Source: Zancudomyces culisetae HAW-14-8
Lineage: Eukaryota; Fungi; Kickxellomycota
NCBI GenBank assembly: GCA_052426225.1
Contig: JBNJNM010000021.1
Coordinates: forward strand, 682,001 to 746,000
DNA length: 64,000 nucleotides
Direction of reading: 5' to 3'
Notes under the pieces: model-generated
Seen by the model: the letters and a program-made list of their open reading frames with translations, nothing else
Databases searched by the model: none
What the model was told of the DNA's origin: nothing
Program-made: the position numbers and the translations under genes
Part shown: one piece after another, positions 12,031 to 24,900 of the stretch
Numbering within the stretch: the first letter of the stretch is position 1
How the letters are laid out: every line of letters begins with the position of its first letter

Positions 12031-13208
12031 AGCGAGCTGACTTTTTCGTCGAAAAGCTGCTTGGCATTTGCCCAGACAGGTGCGGTTTCGATGGAATCGA
12101 GTTGTAGAAGTGAAGGCAACAGATCAGATGAGAACTGGATAGATGATTCTCTGGGCAGGAGAGTGGGCAAATGGTCGATTGCGCAGATCTGGAGGGATGG
12201 GGCGCTGGAAGTTGCTGGAGTAATGGTGATCAGAGGTTCGGTAAAAGTGGTGGTTCTGGAGTAGACAGGCAATGGATTGTAAGGGCTAGTTGGATCGCAA
12301 CTTACATCGACAACCATACTGAGTCTTCTGTTTTGTTCAACTGTCTCCAGGCTCTTGGCGTCAATGAATGGTGGGAAGTCCTTTCCTGATGATGCTGTAA
12401 GGTAAATGCAATTGACAAAAATGTCGTAGTCTCTCAGAATCTCGGCAAATGGCTGTGCGCTTCCGCTTTGGATGCGCTCGGTTGTTTCTTGAATGTCCCA
12501 TTCAGTGACGTCAGTAATGCCAGCACGCTTGGCCAATGTAACTGCTCCGTTTCCACACCGTCCTTTTGCTCCGATGACCAGAACTCTTGGTTTGACTGCG
12601 TTTGGAACTTGTGCCAACTTATCTTTCAATGACGCTATGAGCAATTCTTCGTTTGCATAAGGCTGGATATTCTTCAACTCGCTGACCTCGCCTTGTGCGT
12701 GTAGCTGCCGTTGTTGGTGACACCATGCCTCAATTCCAATTGCGCATCCGGAAAAGCCAGCATAGTATCCGAAGGCTGCAACCCTTCTGTTGGTTTGTGG
12801 GTCAACCAAGAACTCCAGATCGTACAGCACTCCTCCTCCGCGAACAAACCTGTCTAGAGTCTTTTGCCATCCAGCTTGCATCTTGTAGCAATGTGCGAAC
12901 ATCAGGTGCTTGTGAACCAGTGAAAAATCTTCATCTTCTGGGAATTCCTTCAACCCTACAACGAGTACAGAGTTATCAGCCTTATTTCTGTGTGCGTCAT
13001 CATCCCAATAGTAGTCGACAACCTCACATCCTGCATTTACATATTCCTCAAGTGCAAAAATGCGCTGATTACACTTTTCAACCAATATTTTGAATCCCTT
13101 TTGGTCAATTAACTGCTTGCAGACTTGGGGTGAGAGTGTGGTGCGGTGTTCAAGTGGCTTAGTCTCGTGACGGAGAACCAGTGTTTTTATTCCTGATGTT
13201 GTTGCCAT
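12027..13208 (-). CDS. LYS1: Saccharopine dehydrogenase (NAD+, L-lysine-forming)
   Basis: LRHETKPLEHRT, GLKE, FAHCYK, LYDLEFL, RRVAAFGYYAGF, IGAKGRCGNGA, DVSCD, IDHLPTLLPRESS. Confidence 0.97.
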   Translation of the reverse strand: MATTSGIKTLVLRHETKPLEHRTTLSPQVCKQLIDQKGFKILVEKCNQRIFALEEYVNAGCEVVDYYWDDDAHRNKADNSVLVVGLKEFPEDEDFSLVHKHLMFAHCYKMQAGWQKTLDRFVRGGGVLYDLEFLVDPQTNRRVAAFGYYAGFSGCAIGIEAWCHQQRQLHAQGEVSELKNIQPYANEELLIASLKDKLAQVPNAVKPRVLVIGAKGRCGNGAVTLAKRAGITDVTEWDIQETTERIQSGSAQPFAEILRDYDIFVNCIYLTASSGKDFPPFIDAKSLETVEQNRRLSMVVDVSCDPTSPYNPLPVYSRTTTFTEPLITITPATSSAPSLQICAIDHLPTLLPRESSIQFSSDLLPSLLQLDSIETAPVWANAKQLFDEKVSSL

Positions 13209-13694
13209 TCTGTTTTTCTTTTATTCTACTTTAGCTCTTGTTTTGCGTATGCGTTTTTACGCTATTTTACACTATACTTTCTTTTGGAATTTAATGAAAT
13301 ATTTGATATACATTTATTGCGGAAAAACTTCTTTTATTTATATCATTTTAGCCCCCGCTTTGTTAATCTGTGTTAGCAAGATGAAATCCAGAACGAAGGC
13401 ATTCCAGCAAATGAACGATGCCAATGTGCATTTTTTTAATTTCATTTTTTTTCCACGAAATCACCTTTTTTGATTCACGATATTTTTAATGAGTAACTAG
13501 TATTTAATCATTATACCTCCTCCCAATCTAAAATCGTCACTGCTAACTCAACAACCCAACATAGTCCATTCTGCACCATTGTTGTACCTTTTTTGTCAAT
13601 AGCATAAACGAATGAAAAAGCATCTATTTGTGTGTATATAGTTCTGAAATACGATTACAAAAATTTAGGTTTTGAAATCACTAATATTTTTACC

Positions 13695-13726
13695 GCGTTT
13701 GCGTTTGTGTTTGCGTTTGCGTTTGT
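13695..13726. repeat. (GYGTTT)5 hexamer microsatellite upstream of LYS1
   Basis: gcgttt gcgttt gtgttt gcgttt gcgttt gt. Confidence 0.8.
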
Positions 13727-15307
13727 AATTCTGGTTCTGCTCAAGATTTTTTTTTTACAATGGTTTTCAAGTGTTAAGCCAAAAATCCCAGGAATTGCTA
13801 ATAATAAAGTTGTATTTTGTACAAAAAAAAAATTTTTTTCTACGGTTAAATGAATCATTATAATCAATCCATCCAATCTCACGGATCTATCGAAATAGCA
13901 GTTATATTGCTTTTTTTTATTGAGTTCGCACTCTAGCATTTTGTCACTTTTATAACTCGAGTACCATCTAAAACAATTGGTGAGTAATTACAGTGTTTAT
14001 ATCTTTCAAATGTAAATATACCTATATACCCACAATATCCCTTGATCTTTAAGATTGTACCAAAAAAAATCATAAAGATGGAGCATGGGAGGGAGATAAA
14101 AGCACCGACCTAAAAAAAAGAGCTGATATAGGAATTAATAATAGTTATTGCTGTATAAATACTAAAATTAATGGTCCTGATATCTCTTGCAGGTATTTTT
14201 ATATTAGTAATTTGTCAAATGGGGGGATCTATCTTAGCCTCCAAAATTTCAAGAAAATATCATATCTCTTATAGAATCAGTAATGATTCTATGTTTTAAT
14301 CGTTGATATATAGCCACAATTACTATCCAGATCAATCTTTACATTACAATAATATCTAATTAAAAAAAAATTCATGAAAACCCAATATTTCCACTTTATG
14401 ATCCAGTTTAATTGAAAAAATAAAAACTTCTATGCCGTTAGTTGCAAGTTTGCACGATAATTATTCAATGATTGTAGTTAAATAGTATCATGTATGTACA
14501 AAAAACGCAAATTGGTATAGTATCATAAAAAAGTCCTAAGGTTTAGCACAGATTAAATGAGATGGTTATAATTCAAATTTCTTGTACAGCTAAAAAAGAG
14601 TCTACATTATCATACAAACTAAATTTATTTGCATACATAAAAACAAAAGGAGGGGAAATGAAAAAAATAGCGTGTTATCCCACACTAGTATCCTTTTTTT
14701 TATAACTCTACTACAAAAAGTCAACCGAAATGCTTTATACAATACCAACAATACAAGCCTAAAAACGATTCTTAGACGATACCTGTTCAAGCTCATATTT
14801 CCTTAGTCGGATTGATAAATGTAAATTCGCACTTGTTGTGACACTGGAAGGCAGTGTAGCCAAAGCATTGGATATTTTTGTACATTATGGCCTCTCAACG
14901 CAACTCGAAAAGTAACTCCACTGTTGAATAGCATTGGGATTTTTCAAACCCCGTTGCCTTCTGTAAATCGGCAGATTAATTATGTTGACCAACTAATGCG
15001 TTAAGCCAATTACATCATCCAACGATTTGTAGAGAGAAGGGGGGAAGGGGAAGGGGAAGGAGGTGGCGCAATCGATGTAAATCACATTCAAAAGTTCGTT
15101 CATTAATTACCCTGCATATGAAAAAAAAATTTTTTTATCTCTCCTTAAAAGACAAGAAACTAGCATGAAAGTTTTGGGACTCCACTGTTGAAAAACGTGT
15201 TATTCATCTTTATATAGCCATAAAACATCTTGCCGTCTTAGTAGGGTTCAAAAATCAACTTCGAAGCAAACGAGTTTTTCCAAAAACAAGAATCGCTACA
15301 TAAAACC

Positions 15308-16369
15308 ATGTCCGACCTAGAACAAATTGCCGTATCGACAAGCGAAAAGGTCTTGTTATTTTTTGAAGGGTTAAATCTGCATTTCGCCGCTGCATTTATT
15401 CTGCATGCCATTGAGCTAATTTACATAATTTTATCCAAATTTCGCTTTGGTGCAACCACAGATCAGGTCAAAGTCGATAGATTAGTTTTGGAGTACAAAA
15501 CTAGACAGGAAAGTCTTGGTAATGTCAGAAAAGTTGCAATTGTGACCGGAGCAAACAGCGGAATTGGCTTTGAAACTACAAAGGCTCTTGTTAGAGCAGG
15601 ATTCCATGTTGTTATGGCCTGTAGAAATAGACAATTTGCAGGACAGGCAATGGAAAAATTAGAACAGCAAACTGACTTGAACAATTTTGAGTTTATGGAG
15701 CTGGACCTTGCCTCGATTAAATCAGTCAAGAGTTTTACGGAAAATTTCAAAGCAAAATTTAATAGGCTCGATGTTCTAGTTAATAATGCTGGGGTGATGG
15801 CCTGCCCGTATCAGGAGACCGAAGATGGTATCGAAGCCCAGTTTGGAGTTAATTATGTCGGACACTTTGTGCTCACTAATGAATTATTGGAAGTTATGCA
15901 ATCTACTGCTGAAGGAAGCAGAATAGTTAACGTCTCATCAATTGCGCATCGTGTTGGTATATACGAGACCGCCCGTATTCTTGACAAAAACCTGTACAAC
16001 AGGGTTATCAACTACGGAATAAGCAAACTTGCCTTCATTATGTTTACAGTTGAGTTGGCAAACAGGCTAGGTAAAGATTCAAAGATCACAGTTAATGCAT
16101 TGCACCCAGGAGTTGTTGATACCAACCTGCCTAGATATATTCCATTTTCCGATTCGGCGTTTTTCAAGTTTATTTTTTCGATTTGCTCAGTTTCTCCGGT
16201 TACAGGAGCACTAAACTCAATCAGACTATCGCTTTCGAGTGAGGTTGAAGGTATTACAGGAAAATACTTTGAACACGAATGTGTGTCGGTTCCTAATGCC
16301 CCTGCTCGTGACAAAAAGCTGTGTTCTGACCTGTGGGGTTTTACCGAAGCCATGGTAAAGGGAAAATAG
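15308..16369 (+). CDS. Short-chain dehydrogenase/reductase, retinol dehydrogenase/WWOX-like, with N-terminal hydrophobic anchor
   Basis: TGANSGIG, LDLAS, NNAGVM, VNYVGHF, RIVNVSS, YGISK catalytic motif, HPGVVDT. Confidence 0.93.
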   Translation: MSDLEQIAVSTSEKVLLFFEGLNLHFAAAFILHAIELIYIILSKFRFGATTDQVKVDRLVLEYKTRQESLGNVRKVAIVTGANSGIGFETTKALVRAGFHVVMACRNRQFAGQAMEKLEQQTDLNNFEFMELDLASIKSVKSFTENFKAKFNRLDVLVNNAGVMACPYQETEDGIEAQFGVNYVGHFVLTNELLEVMQSTAEGSRIVNVSSIAHRVGIYETARILDKNLYNRVINYGISKLAFIMFTVELANRLGKDSKITVNALHPGVVDTNLPRYIPFSDSAFFKFIFSICSVSPVTGALNSIRLSLSSEVEGITGKYFEHECVSVPNAPARDKKLCSDLWGFTEAMVKGK

Positions 16370-19300
16370 CAGAATTTATCTTCTAACCTATGTTTTTCAA
16401 AGTCATCATCACTTGTTTATGTAAATTCTAAAGCTATAATAAGGGTCAAAATGAACACTCAAAAAAATAACCTGCATGAGTATTCAAATACATATGAGAT
16501 TGATTAGTTAATTTTATTAAAGCGTTTTATTTTTTTGGTGAATACATTTTTATGAACACTGAGACATTTTACGCTGACTACGTGTTGAATGTTTTTGAGG
16601 TTTGTAAACAAAAAGAAGTGTTGGTTGAGTAATATGTTTTGTATTGTAACATACGTTCAGGCATTTAGGGATTAGTGTAGAAAGCGGGAGGGGAAGAGAG
16701 GAGGGGAGTTAGCTCGGTAAAGTTAATACGAACACATTGGTGCCTGCTCTACCTGGATTATTCCAATGAATTTCCTAAAATCACTGTTCGCTTTATGCAG
16801 GAATGATACTTGGATAGCTTTGATTTAACCCACATTAATCTCTTGCTAGTTTTTGTCACTACAAAAATAGTACACTTTTTCTTTTGTTGGGAGGTTTATT
16901 AATATATTTTTAATGAGGTAAAAACCACGTCACCTACCCTAAATATGCACTTATATTATCTAATATGCCCTAAAGGGTTTTATTTATCAACTTGCAGAAT
17001 AAAATAGCGCAGAAAATCGTTACTTTTATGCTTTAATTATGTTACATACATGGATTTTCGAACTAGGAATAGTGCAAGAAAATACTAACCGTCTATTAAT
17101 CTCAAATTTTATTTTTTTTACTCGGCAATTCTTATAGCAGAGATCCGCACGCTTATTTTTATTATTATTTTGTTTCCCTACGCTGATTTCGATTACGTAA
17201 ATCTGGTGAAGAGCTTGGGAATAAAATTTCATATTGCTAAGCAAAAATTGCAAAGTGAAGTAAAGCAGGTTCGCAAAAAATAGCATCAATTTTGTTAGAT
17301 CCTCTGCCTGTTTTCGCATCTCATATTGCGCATATGTTCCACAAATAATAGAAATACAAAAATGACATTAAATATCAAAAAAAAAAAGTGACAAGCTATA
17401 TCAGTGCCGAAGTTCGACAACTACATGTATACATACTTTTGGTTTGTAAAAAAAATGGAACTGTGGTATAAAAAAGCACTATATTAAGTACCTCCACTAA
17501 CCTCCTTCCTTGGTGTTTGGCAAATAGTGATTTTGAGCCTGTTTAGTTCCTTTTAAGTATTTTGTAATCCAAAAAGCAGTATCCACAAACTTTTTTGTGA
17601 GTTGAGAAAATGTAAATCTGGTTGCACTAATTTTATTGGCTAAACCGTTAATTTCTTTGCACCTAATTAGTGCTATTTTTTGGATTAGTTTGTGAACCTC
17701 TTAATGTGATGCAACTGGCACTGCGCCTGAGACAATAATAAAAGCAACAGTACACAAATATATGTTTTCCTAAAAACACCAATCTAACAGCAAACTCTAC
17801 AGGCAGCCAGGTAAATCTTATAATAAGTTTAATCAGGTCATCCAAACACATGATTGTAATATGCCAGTATAGCTATATCAAGATGCGTATGTCATATTTG
17901 GGAAGTACATCGGCCGACTTTTAAAGCTAAACTAATGCTAGGCAACACCCAGTATTTAGCAAATGCTCAAAACATAATGCGAGTAAATATCTGAGATTTT
18001 AGTCTTCAAAGTAGTGAATTTATGCTCTGGTCATTCTGTAAGTTGAACGCATGTTAATTGTTATGATATATGTAATTTTGTTTGTATTGTCTCAATTACC
18101 TTATGGTTGTTGGGCGTGACCTGATTTTTTTTTTGCGAGGAGAGAGAGAGAGAGGGGTGGGAAGGTATTGTACGCGTACGTTTACTAAAAAAATGTGCAT
18201 GCTTTACTTTCGCAGACTGTAGGGTACAGGTTATAGATTTTTCTGTTTTTTGGCAGTTGAGAATCAAAAGCGGTAGTTACCTATTCAAAAGAGGCTAGAT
18301 TGTAAATACGTGTAATTGCAAAGTTAACAAGTATTTTTTACAAGATGAATTTGTCAATTAAATATCACAAAATACCAAAAAGGATTAACATATAATATAT
18401 ATTTAACCAATTCCTCTTCGTCTTTCTGGGAGCTTCATTCATACCCATCAGGTGTTGGGCCAAGAATGAAAAAGGAAATATGATAATTTTTGGAATTCTT
18501 GACTAAAAAATTTTGAAATTTTTTGTTGAAAGCTAATTTAACCCGAACCATTAATCTAAAAACATGTGTTGTGGATGCTGTGGTGTATATTTCATTAATC
18601 AATGAGAAGGGGTACACAGTAAAAAAAAAGCCCTCAACATCAATTCTGCCTTTAATTGGTATAAATATATGTGCAATAGTTGATTATAACATGCTAGTTG
18701 ATATTTGCCCTTAGAATAAAGGTTACTACAACTGGCCTGGCGACAATTTTGCACCAGATTTATTGAAAAGTAAAAATGTACGGTACACAGCAAGAAGCGT
18801 AAACGGTGTTTTACCAGCCACTTCTATTTAGTGATGAAATGTAAACCTAATACCAACCTAAAACATATAGTGTTTATTAGCGTTGTACAAAATACATGTC
18901 ATAGTATAAAGTAGTCCAGTTTACTCAATCTTAAACGCCATGAGCTTAATAGTTGTTCGCATCCTCTGAGTCCTCGGAAATCTGCTCTACCTTTTTTTTT
19001 TAGAGTGTGTGACTTTCTGCTAACTTTTACAAGTTATTCATTTTCGATGATCTAAAAACAGCACCTTTTCCAAATTACACCAAGCATTTACAACCATCCA
19101 TATTATTAATTGAGCTGGTAAGGCAAGCGGGTAAGCTTTTGGTTTATTGGTGATACTCCTTTTTTTTTTTAAAAAAAATCAAAAGAATCCTTTGTCCAAA
19201 AACATTGTGTTTCAAAATTTTCTATTTTAGGTAATCCAATATCTGAACCGATTGGTGCTTTCTTTCTTCACATTCAATTACATAAAAACCATGACAAAAG

Positions 19301-19687
19301 AACAGTTAAAAAAAAACAAGGATAATAGACATTTGAAAGTGAATGGCGAAAAGAACTTAAAAACGAAAAAGGGTCTTAAACGTGGGTAAATTAACAGCAT
19401 TGGTGGATTTTTTTGAGTAGATAGAAACGTTGTACATAACAAATCATCCGACCATAGCAAATTAAATGTTTTGATACAATGAATGATCAAATAAAAAGCG
19501 GAAAAAAACCAAAAAATTTTCTTAGGTTATCGTCCATGGAAAGCGTTGTAATTGGAGCAAGAAGGGAGAGAGAGGAGGGGGGGGGGAGTCGATTTAATAT
19601 TCATCATTAAATCGAGTATTTGCGTATGTGTTTGCAATTTTATTTTATTTTGGAATGTGTTTTACGTTCTAAGCCCAAAAATAAGCT

Positions 19688-19732
19688 TAAAGTTATTAAA
19701 AGAAATAAAGTTATTAAAAGAGATAAAGTTAT
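19688..19732. repeat. 18-bp tandem repeat x2.5 (TAAAGTTATTAAAAGARA)
   Basis: Read directly; it creates the spurious LLKEIK repeat in ORF 19552..19800. Confidence 0.8.
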
Positions 19733-20764
19733 CAGGTAGCTGTTTTCACCAACTTTGGAAATTTTTTTGGCTGATACAGTCTAACTTTATTTTGGCGTGA
19801 CATTCAATTGTACTTTTTGTAGAATTTTGCTAGGATGTGAAAGTCCTGTTAGCAGTTAACAAGTAAGTATGGTACAATAAATTTATTCAGTTTCATAACT
19901 GGAAATGCTAAATATAGTTTCTTATGTCAATAATGTGTTTAGCTAAAAACTTCTAAATAGTAGAATTAGGTTCACATAGGTAGAGAGAGGGAAAAAATAT
20001 AAGACAGTTTTTCAAATTGGTCTAGAGCTGTGAATGAACCGAAAAGCCCACAAGCAAGCTCAATCGCTTCAAATGCTGTCAAAGTCATGGATAGCTAGTA
20101 CATAATATTGGCGAGATTTTACACAATTCTTTTTTTTGTTTCGCTAATGTGAATCTTTGTGTATTTACAAATCTGTGTGTACAATTTTAAAGGTTTTAGT
20201 AACCTGCAATCTTGTGTAATTTACATAATACATGTTGGATTATTATTTTGTAAGCGATATAAAAAAGTTATCCACAAGGTTACAAAAAAGGAATAATTTA
20301 AGCAAGTTATACATAAAGTTTATGGCCAATAAGCTATTGTAAGAGTATAGCGATATTTATAATAATACGCAGTTTACATATTACTCGATGATTATTTCTC
20401 AAAAGGTTTTTTATTATGTTCTTAAAGTGATTAGGGTAATTTATTGAGCAAGAAGTAGACCTGGTAATAAATTAACAACAATATGTTAATTATCGGGTTT
20501 GCATTAAATACAATCCAAATATTTTTTTAGTAGAGGAAAAATAACAGAAATGAGCGAAAAACCAATTTGATGTGAATGGCGAACCAATTGGTGACTTTCG
20601 CCACCACTTTGTTTGACTTTTTTTGATATAAATAGTACACAAAGCATAGCTAAAGCTTGACATTTTTTTTCAAATTTCCCTTACAATTGTCAAGTATCAT
20701 TTATGTGCTCAAAGGTGACATAGTAATAGTAGAACCAACAAGATATATCTGCAGATTGAAAGTA

Positions 20765-21934
20765 ATGTACTATAAACTTGAGGTGGTTCAACAACCTATA
20801 AGAGCACGTATGTGTGGGTTTGGGAGCAAGGTTAGTTTTCCGGATTAATTGAATGGCTATACTCAGCGTAATAAAATACAACAATATATTTCATGCTAAG
20901 CAAATAAATCTTGCTCACAACCTAAAAGTGCGTAATAAAATAAAATAAACCTATAGGACAGAAGACCATGTACACCTACACCTATAGTCAAGCTTAGAGC
21001 CTTTGATGAGGATCACACTGAGATAAATCCACAGTAAGGCCTTGTTGTTTATTTAAGTTTCATTCTATCTCTGAAAAAAAACTAAAACTGGTGGTAGCAT
21101 TCCGGTTCGGTTTACTTACCAACAAAAGCTTCAAAATTTATGAAGGATCAGCTTATCAATCTCATGTGTATATGTGTTGTTAACTGTAGGGAAATAGGTG
21201 CCACATTCTTCACTGCAATGGCTCAGCTTTGGACTGAGGATAAAAGTACAGAAGTGAATCTGGTTAGGCACAAATCGATTGCTACTGACGTTTCATACTC
21301 TGTGGATCACGACTATACAAGTAATGGATATAGTATAGAAACATGCCTTTCGGATAGATACAGTACAGAGATGGTCAGTCCTCAAAAAGATCTTTTTGGA
21401 AGAAACCAAAGTACAGATAACAGAAAACAAGAAATGATAAAAAATCTAGTGGGAAATACGGTCACAACATCGTTAAATCTTCACGATTTGGATGGAAACG
21501 TTGGAATCTATTTTATTTTTAACGATTTATCTATTCGGAAAGATGGAATTTTTCGGCTAAAGTTTTTGTTCTTTGACCTGGGAAGGTAAGAAACAATTAA
21601 ATCTACTAGATATACAGTTGACTAACAGTACTTAACTGTATTAGGGAGGGAAGAATCAATTCCAGCTTTACAGAGGTTAGAGCCGAAGTATTTTCGGAGC
21701 CATTTTATGTATTCACCGCTAGAAACTTTCCAGGAATGATAGGTAAACCTAATTATATTACATCATGTACTTATACCATCTATCATATGCAGTTTTCGAG
21801 CACAACATCTAAATATCTCTTTTTTTTTGAAAAAAAACAATGAACACATAGAGACGACACCATTATCCTTATGCTTTTCCAAACAAGGTGTAAAAATCCC
21901 AATTAGGAGGGAGGGGGGGAAGGAGAGAGACTAA
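20765..21934 (+). CDS. Velvet-domain transcription regulator (VelB/VosA/VelC-like), ~239 aa, 5 exons
   Basis: Exons 20765-20830, 20957-21033, 21190-21585, 21645-21742 and 21852-21934 total 720 nt in frame. Translation: [33 protein letters not shown] ... NLVG ... GIYFIFNDLSIRKDGIFRLKF ... SEPFYVFTARNFPGMIETTPLSLCFSKQGVKIPIR. A short extra upstream exon (acceptor ctgcag near 20754) cannot be excluded. Confidence 0.93.
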
Positions 21935-24900
21935 TGAATACATTTGATACTTCAAGGTTGCTTTTTTCAAAACTTCCTTTATAGAAACACTTTTATTTAA
22001 TCCTTAAGATGCATTTTCACGACACATCATCATATTTCTGACAACAACCATAGTCTTTTGGCAACAGTATCGTATCTTGGATGACTACATATAGATTTTT
22101 TTTAAAAATAATATTATTTTTATATTTCCTATGTATTATAGAGCATAAAATACACTTTTTTGACAGGAAATGTAATGGTAATTTAGGAATGCTTTATTAG
22201 CCCGCTACTTTATGTTAATGATTCGGCATTCGAATTCAGATTTATTTAATAAAGTTTTAGATATTTGATTTATTAATTGGCTGTAAAGTTGTAATCTGAA
22301 TTTTACCGGAATTCCTTTGGCAATTCTGTCATGAACGAAATCAGCTTTTTTCTTGATGGTTTTTTTACTATAACCCAAAAAATAAATAAAATAGCAATGC
22401 AGAAAGAAAATATTATTGATAGAAATTACTAATGATAACAAAAGTGAATTGAAAATCCGCAAATCTCATTGGTGCCTTTCTATTTTACTGTTTTCAAGAT
22501 CGAGATGCAATTTGTAGAATTAACCAACGTGTAACTAATTTCAAAATTAATAGCCGGCTTTAGATGCAAAATGATGGAAATTCCATGCTACAAATTTGCT
22601 ATAATGCCAGTAAATTTAGAATTTGCTATAATATTACATAAATTTACAATCTGCACAAATCAAATCAATGCATACCTGCAGGCTGTGAATGTGCAAAAGG
22701 CCGGAAAAAAAAGAAAGATAACATAGTTTCAATCCAATGGAAATGGCAGCTTAATTGCAAGCTTCTTGGAGGGGAGTCAAAAAAAAAGGTTACTCTCTCC
22801 GTTGTTAAGAGAGAAGCCGAAATACTATCCTTGGTTGAGCTGGTGGCGGCACAATTTTTAGACGGAATATGCCGAAAGAGGGTACAAATCCTATACCAAC
22901 TTAAATTAGAAACAACCTCCTTGAACTAGCGCCCGGTGGGTATGGAGTCCCTAGAGAAATGAAGGGAAGTTGGGTAGGTAGATATTGCGTAGGATTATTT
23001 TTTTGCAGTTTTATGTTATATTTATTTAATAAATTCATCTAACAAAAATGCAGCTTGATCACAAATCATGTAATAGCTAAATTAGCAAACTTGGGATGGG
23101 TTAAGGCGTGACCGATTCCCAGTAATTATACGTTACAAATGCAAATCGACCTTTCCATTTCTGATTTGTTTTTTTCTTACGTTTCGCAAGGTATTTTGAT
23201 TTATCATGTGAAATTCACCTTTAAATTCACCATTTTTAAAAAAAAAATAAGCAACATTTGATTCCATTAGGCAGTAGAAATATATCATTAATACATTCAC
23301 TTTTCCATTTGTTGGCAGTGTTAAACGAAAGTGTAAACAAATCTGTACACACTTAAAATATTAAATAATCGTTTCTGATAAAAAAAACACGGCTTTTATC
23401 AAAATTAGTGACAAAAATGGCCAAGTAGCTATGTGCACAATTTTTATTTAGCTTTCCTTAGCTAGCTGTAGATTTTTTTTTGCTTCTAGCAGTTGAATGG
23501 CGCTTCAAATGGACAACCTAGTAAATGTTGATTAAAACACTTGCAACACACAAAGCACTCAATTGTATTGTAATACATCTATTGCTGGAGCAAGATAGAC
23601 GTATCATAGTGACACTATAAGACATTTGTTATCATGGTTAAAGTTTTTGTGTTTTTGTTGGGACTTTTTGATACATTGGATTAATTATACGAAGTTTTCT
23701 GTAAATGGAAATACCTTTATTAGTTATTCTTACAAAAGTATGTGTATATTACCATATCATAGTCGCCAGTGCCCGATTGGATTGGAAAATTCATTGCTCT
23801 TTATCTCTGCCTCTCCTAAAGAGTTTTTTTATATTAATGTTGGTGGTTTTTACTAATATACAGTAATCATTTAGAAATCGGTCTAAACTCTGCTTTTCAG
23901 AAACATGAGCCTTAAATGGGAACTAGGTAGCAATTGGCAAAAAAAAAGTAATACTTAAGATCTCTCAACATTTGCAAAAACATTATCAATATACTCTTGA
24001 GTAACTTTACAGCTGAACACAATTGTCGTAAATTCTTGGGCGGGGTGTTGACGCATGATCAAATATAGATATGCTGAGGTCACAATTTCAAATAATTCCC
24101 GTATTCTCTCAAAATACACCATTCAAACGCATCACAATCATCAAGTGAATCACTACTATCTTTTGCTCAGTAAAATTGAAGTACATTAACTCTCCCCGTT
24201 TTGTCTTGTTCGTTAAATAGTTGTCTCAGTTGTACACAAGGTTGGTGTTTTTATTGGGTCTGAAATTCTATATGTAGATTTAATAACTGGGGGAATCAGT
24301 CATTAAGCAAGCGCTGTAATAAGTAAAACCAGTAAATGAAAATCTCGACCAGCTTCGTTTTTTTGGGGGGAGGGAAAGAACGAGCGGGAGAGACGAAGTC
24401 AATGACCTCTGCAATTCAATACAACTGCGAAAATGCTATATTTGTCATCGATTTCTTTTAACACTTGTAACTATTCAATGAATACTTGATGCAAACCAAC
24501 TAAAGCTGTGTATTTTGAATCTCCAATGATAAAAGTCATTGCTAATTATCAATTCAAATTCAAGTTTAATTCTACCAAAGCTGTCGTCTTTTTGGACCAA
24601 GTTTAGCTTATTGATTCCATGATTTACAATAGTTTTAATCATACCATTTACAGAAAATAACTTCCAAAAAGGACTAAATTAAAACAACAAAAGCATTTCT
24701 CAGGCAATACAGCTCATCTCCTGTTTCTTAGATTAAAATCAACTAAAAAATATTCCCAATGTTTCACACCAGGAAAGGAAAGAAAAAAATAAACAAAAGT
24801 TGAGTATTAGCTAAACACCTATAGTTTAAAACCAAACGATCAACAGTTATACATTAATTTGAAGAAGAGGTGAGGTGGGGGGGGGAGGCGAGGCTATTGT

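Noticed and set aside
18832-18969. Possible C/D snoRNA (GTGATGA ... CTGA)
   Set aside because: No terminal stem or convincing guide; such boxes occur by chance.
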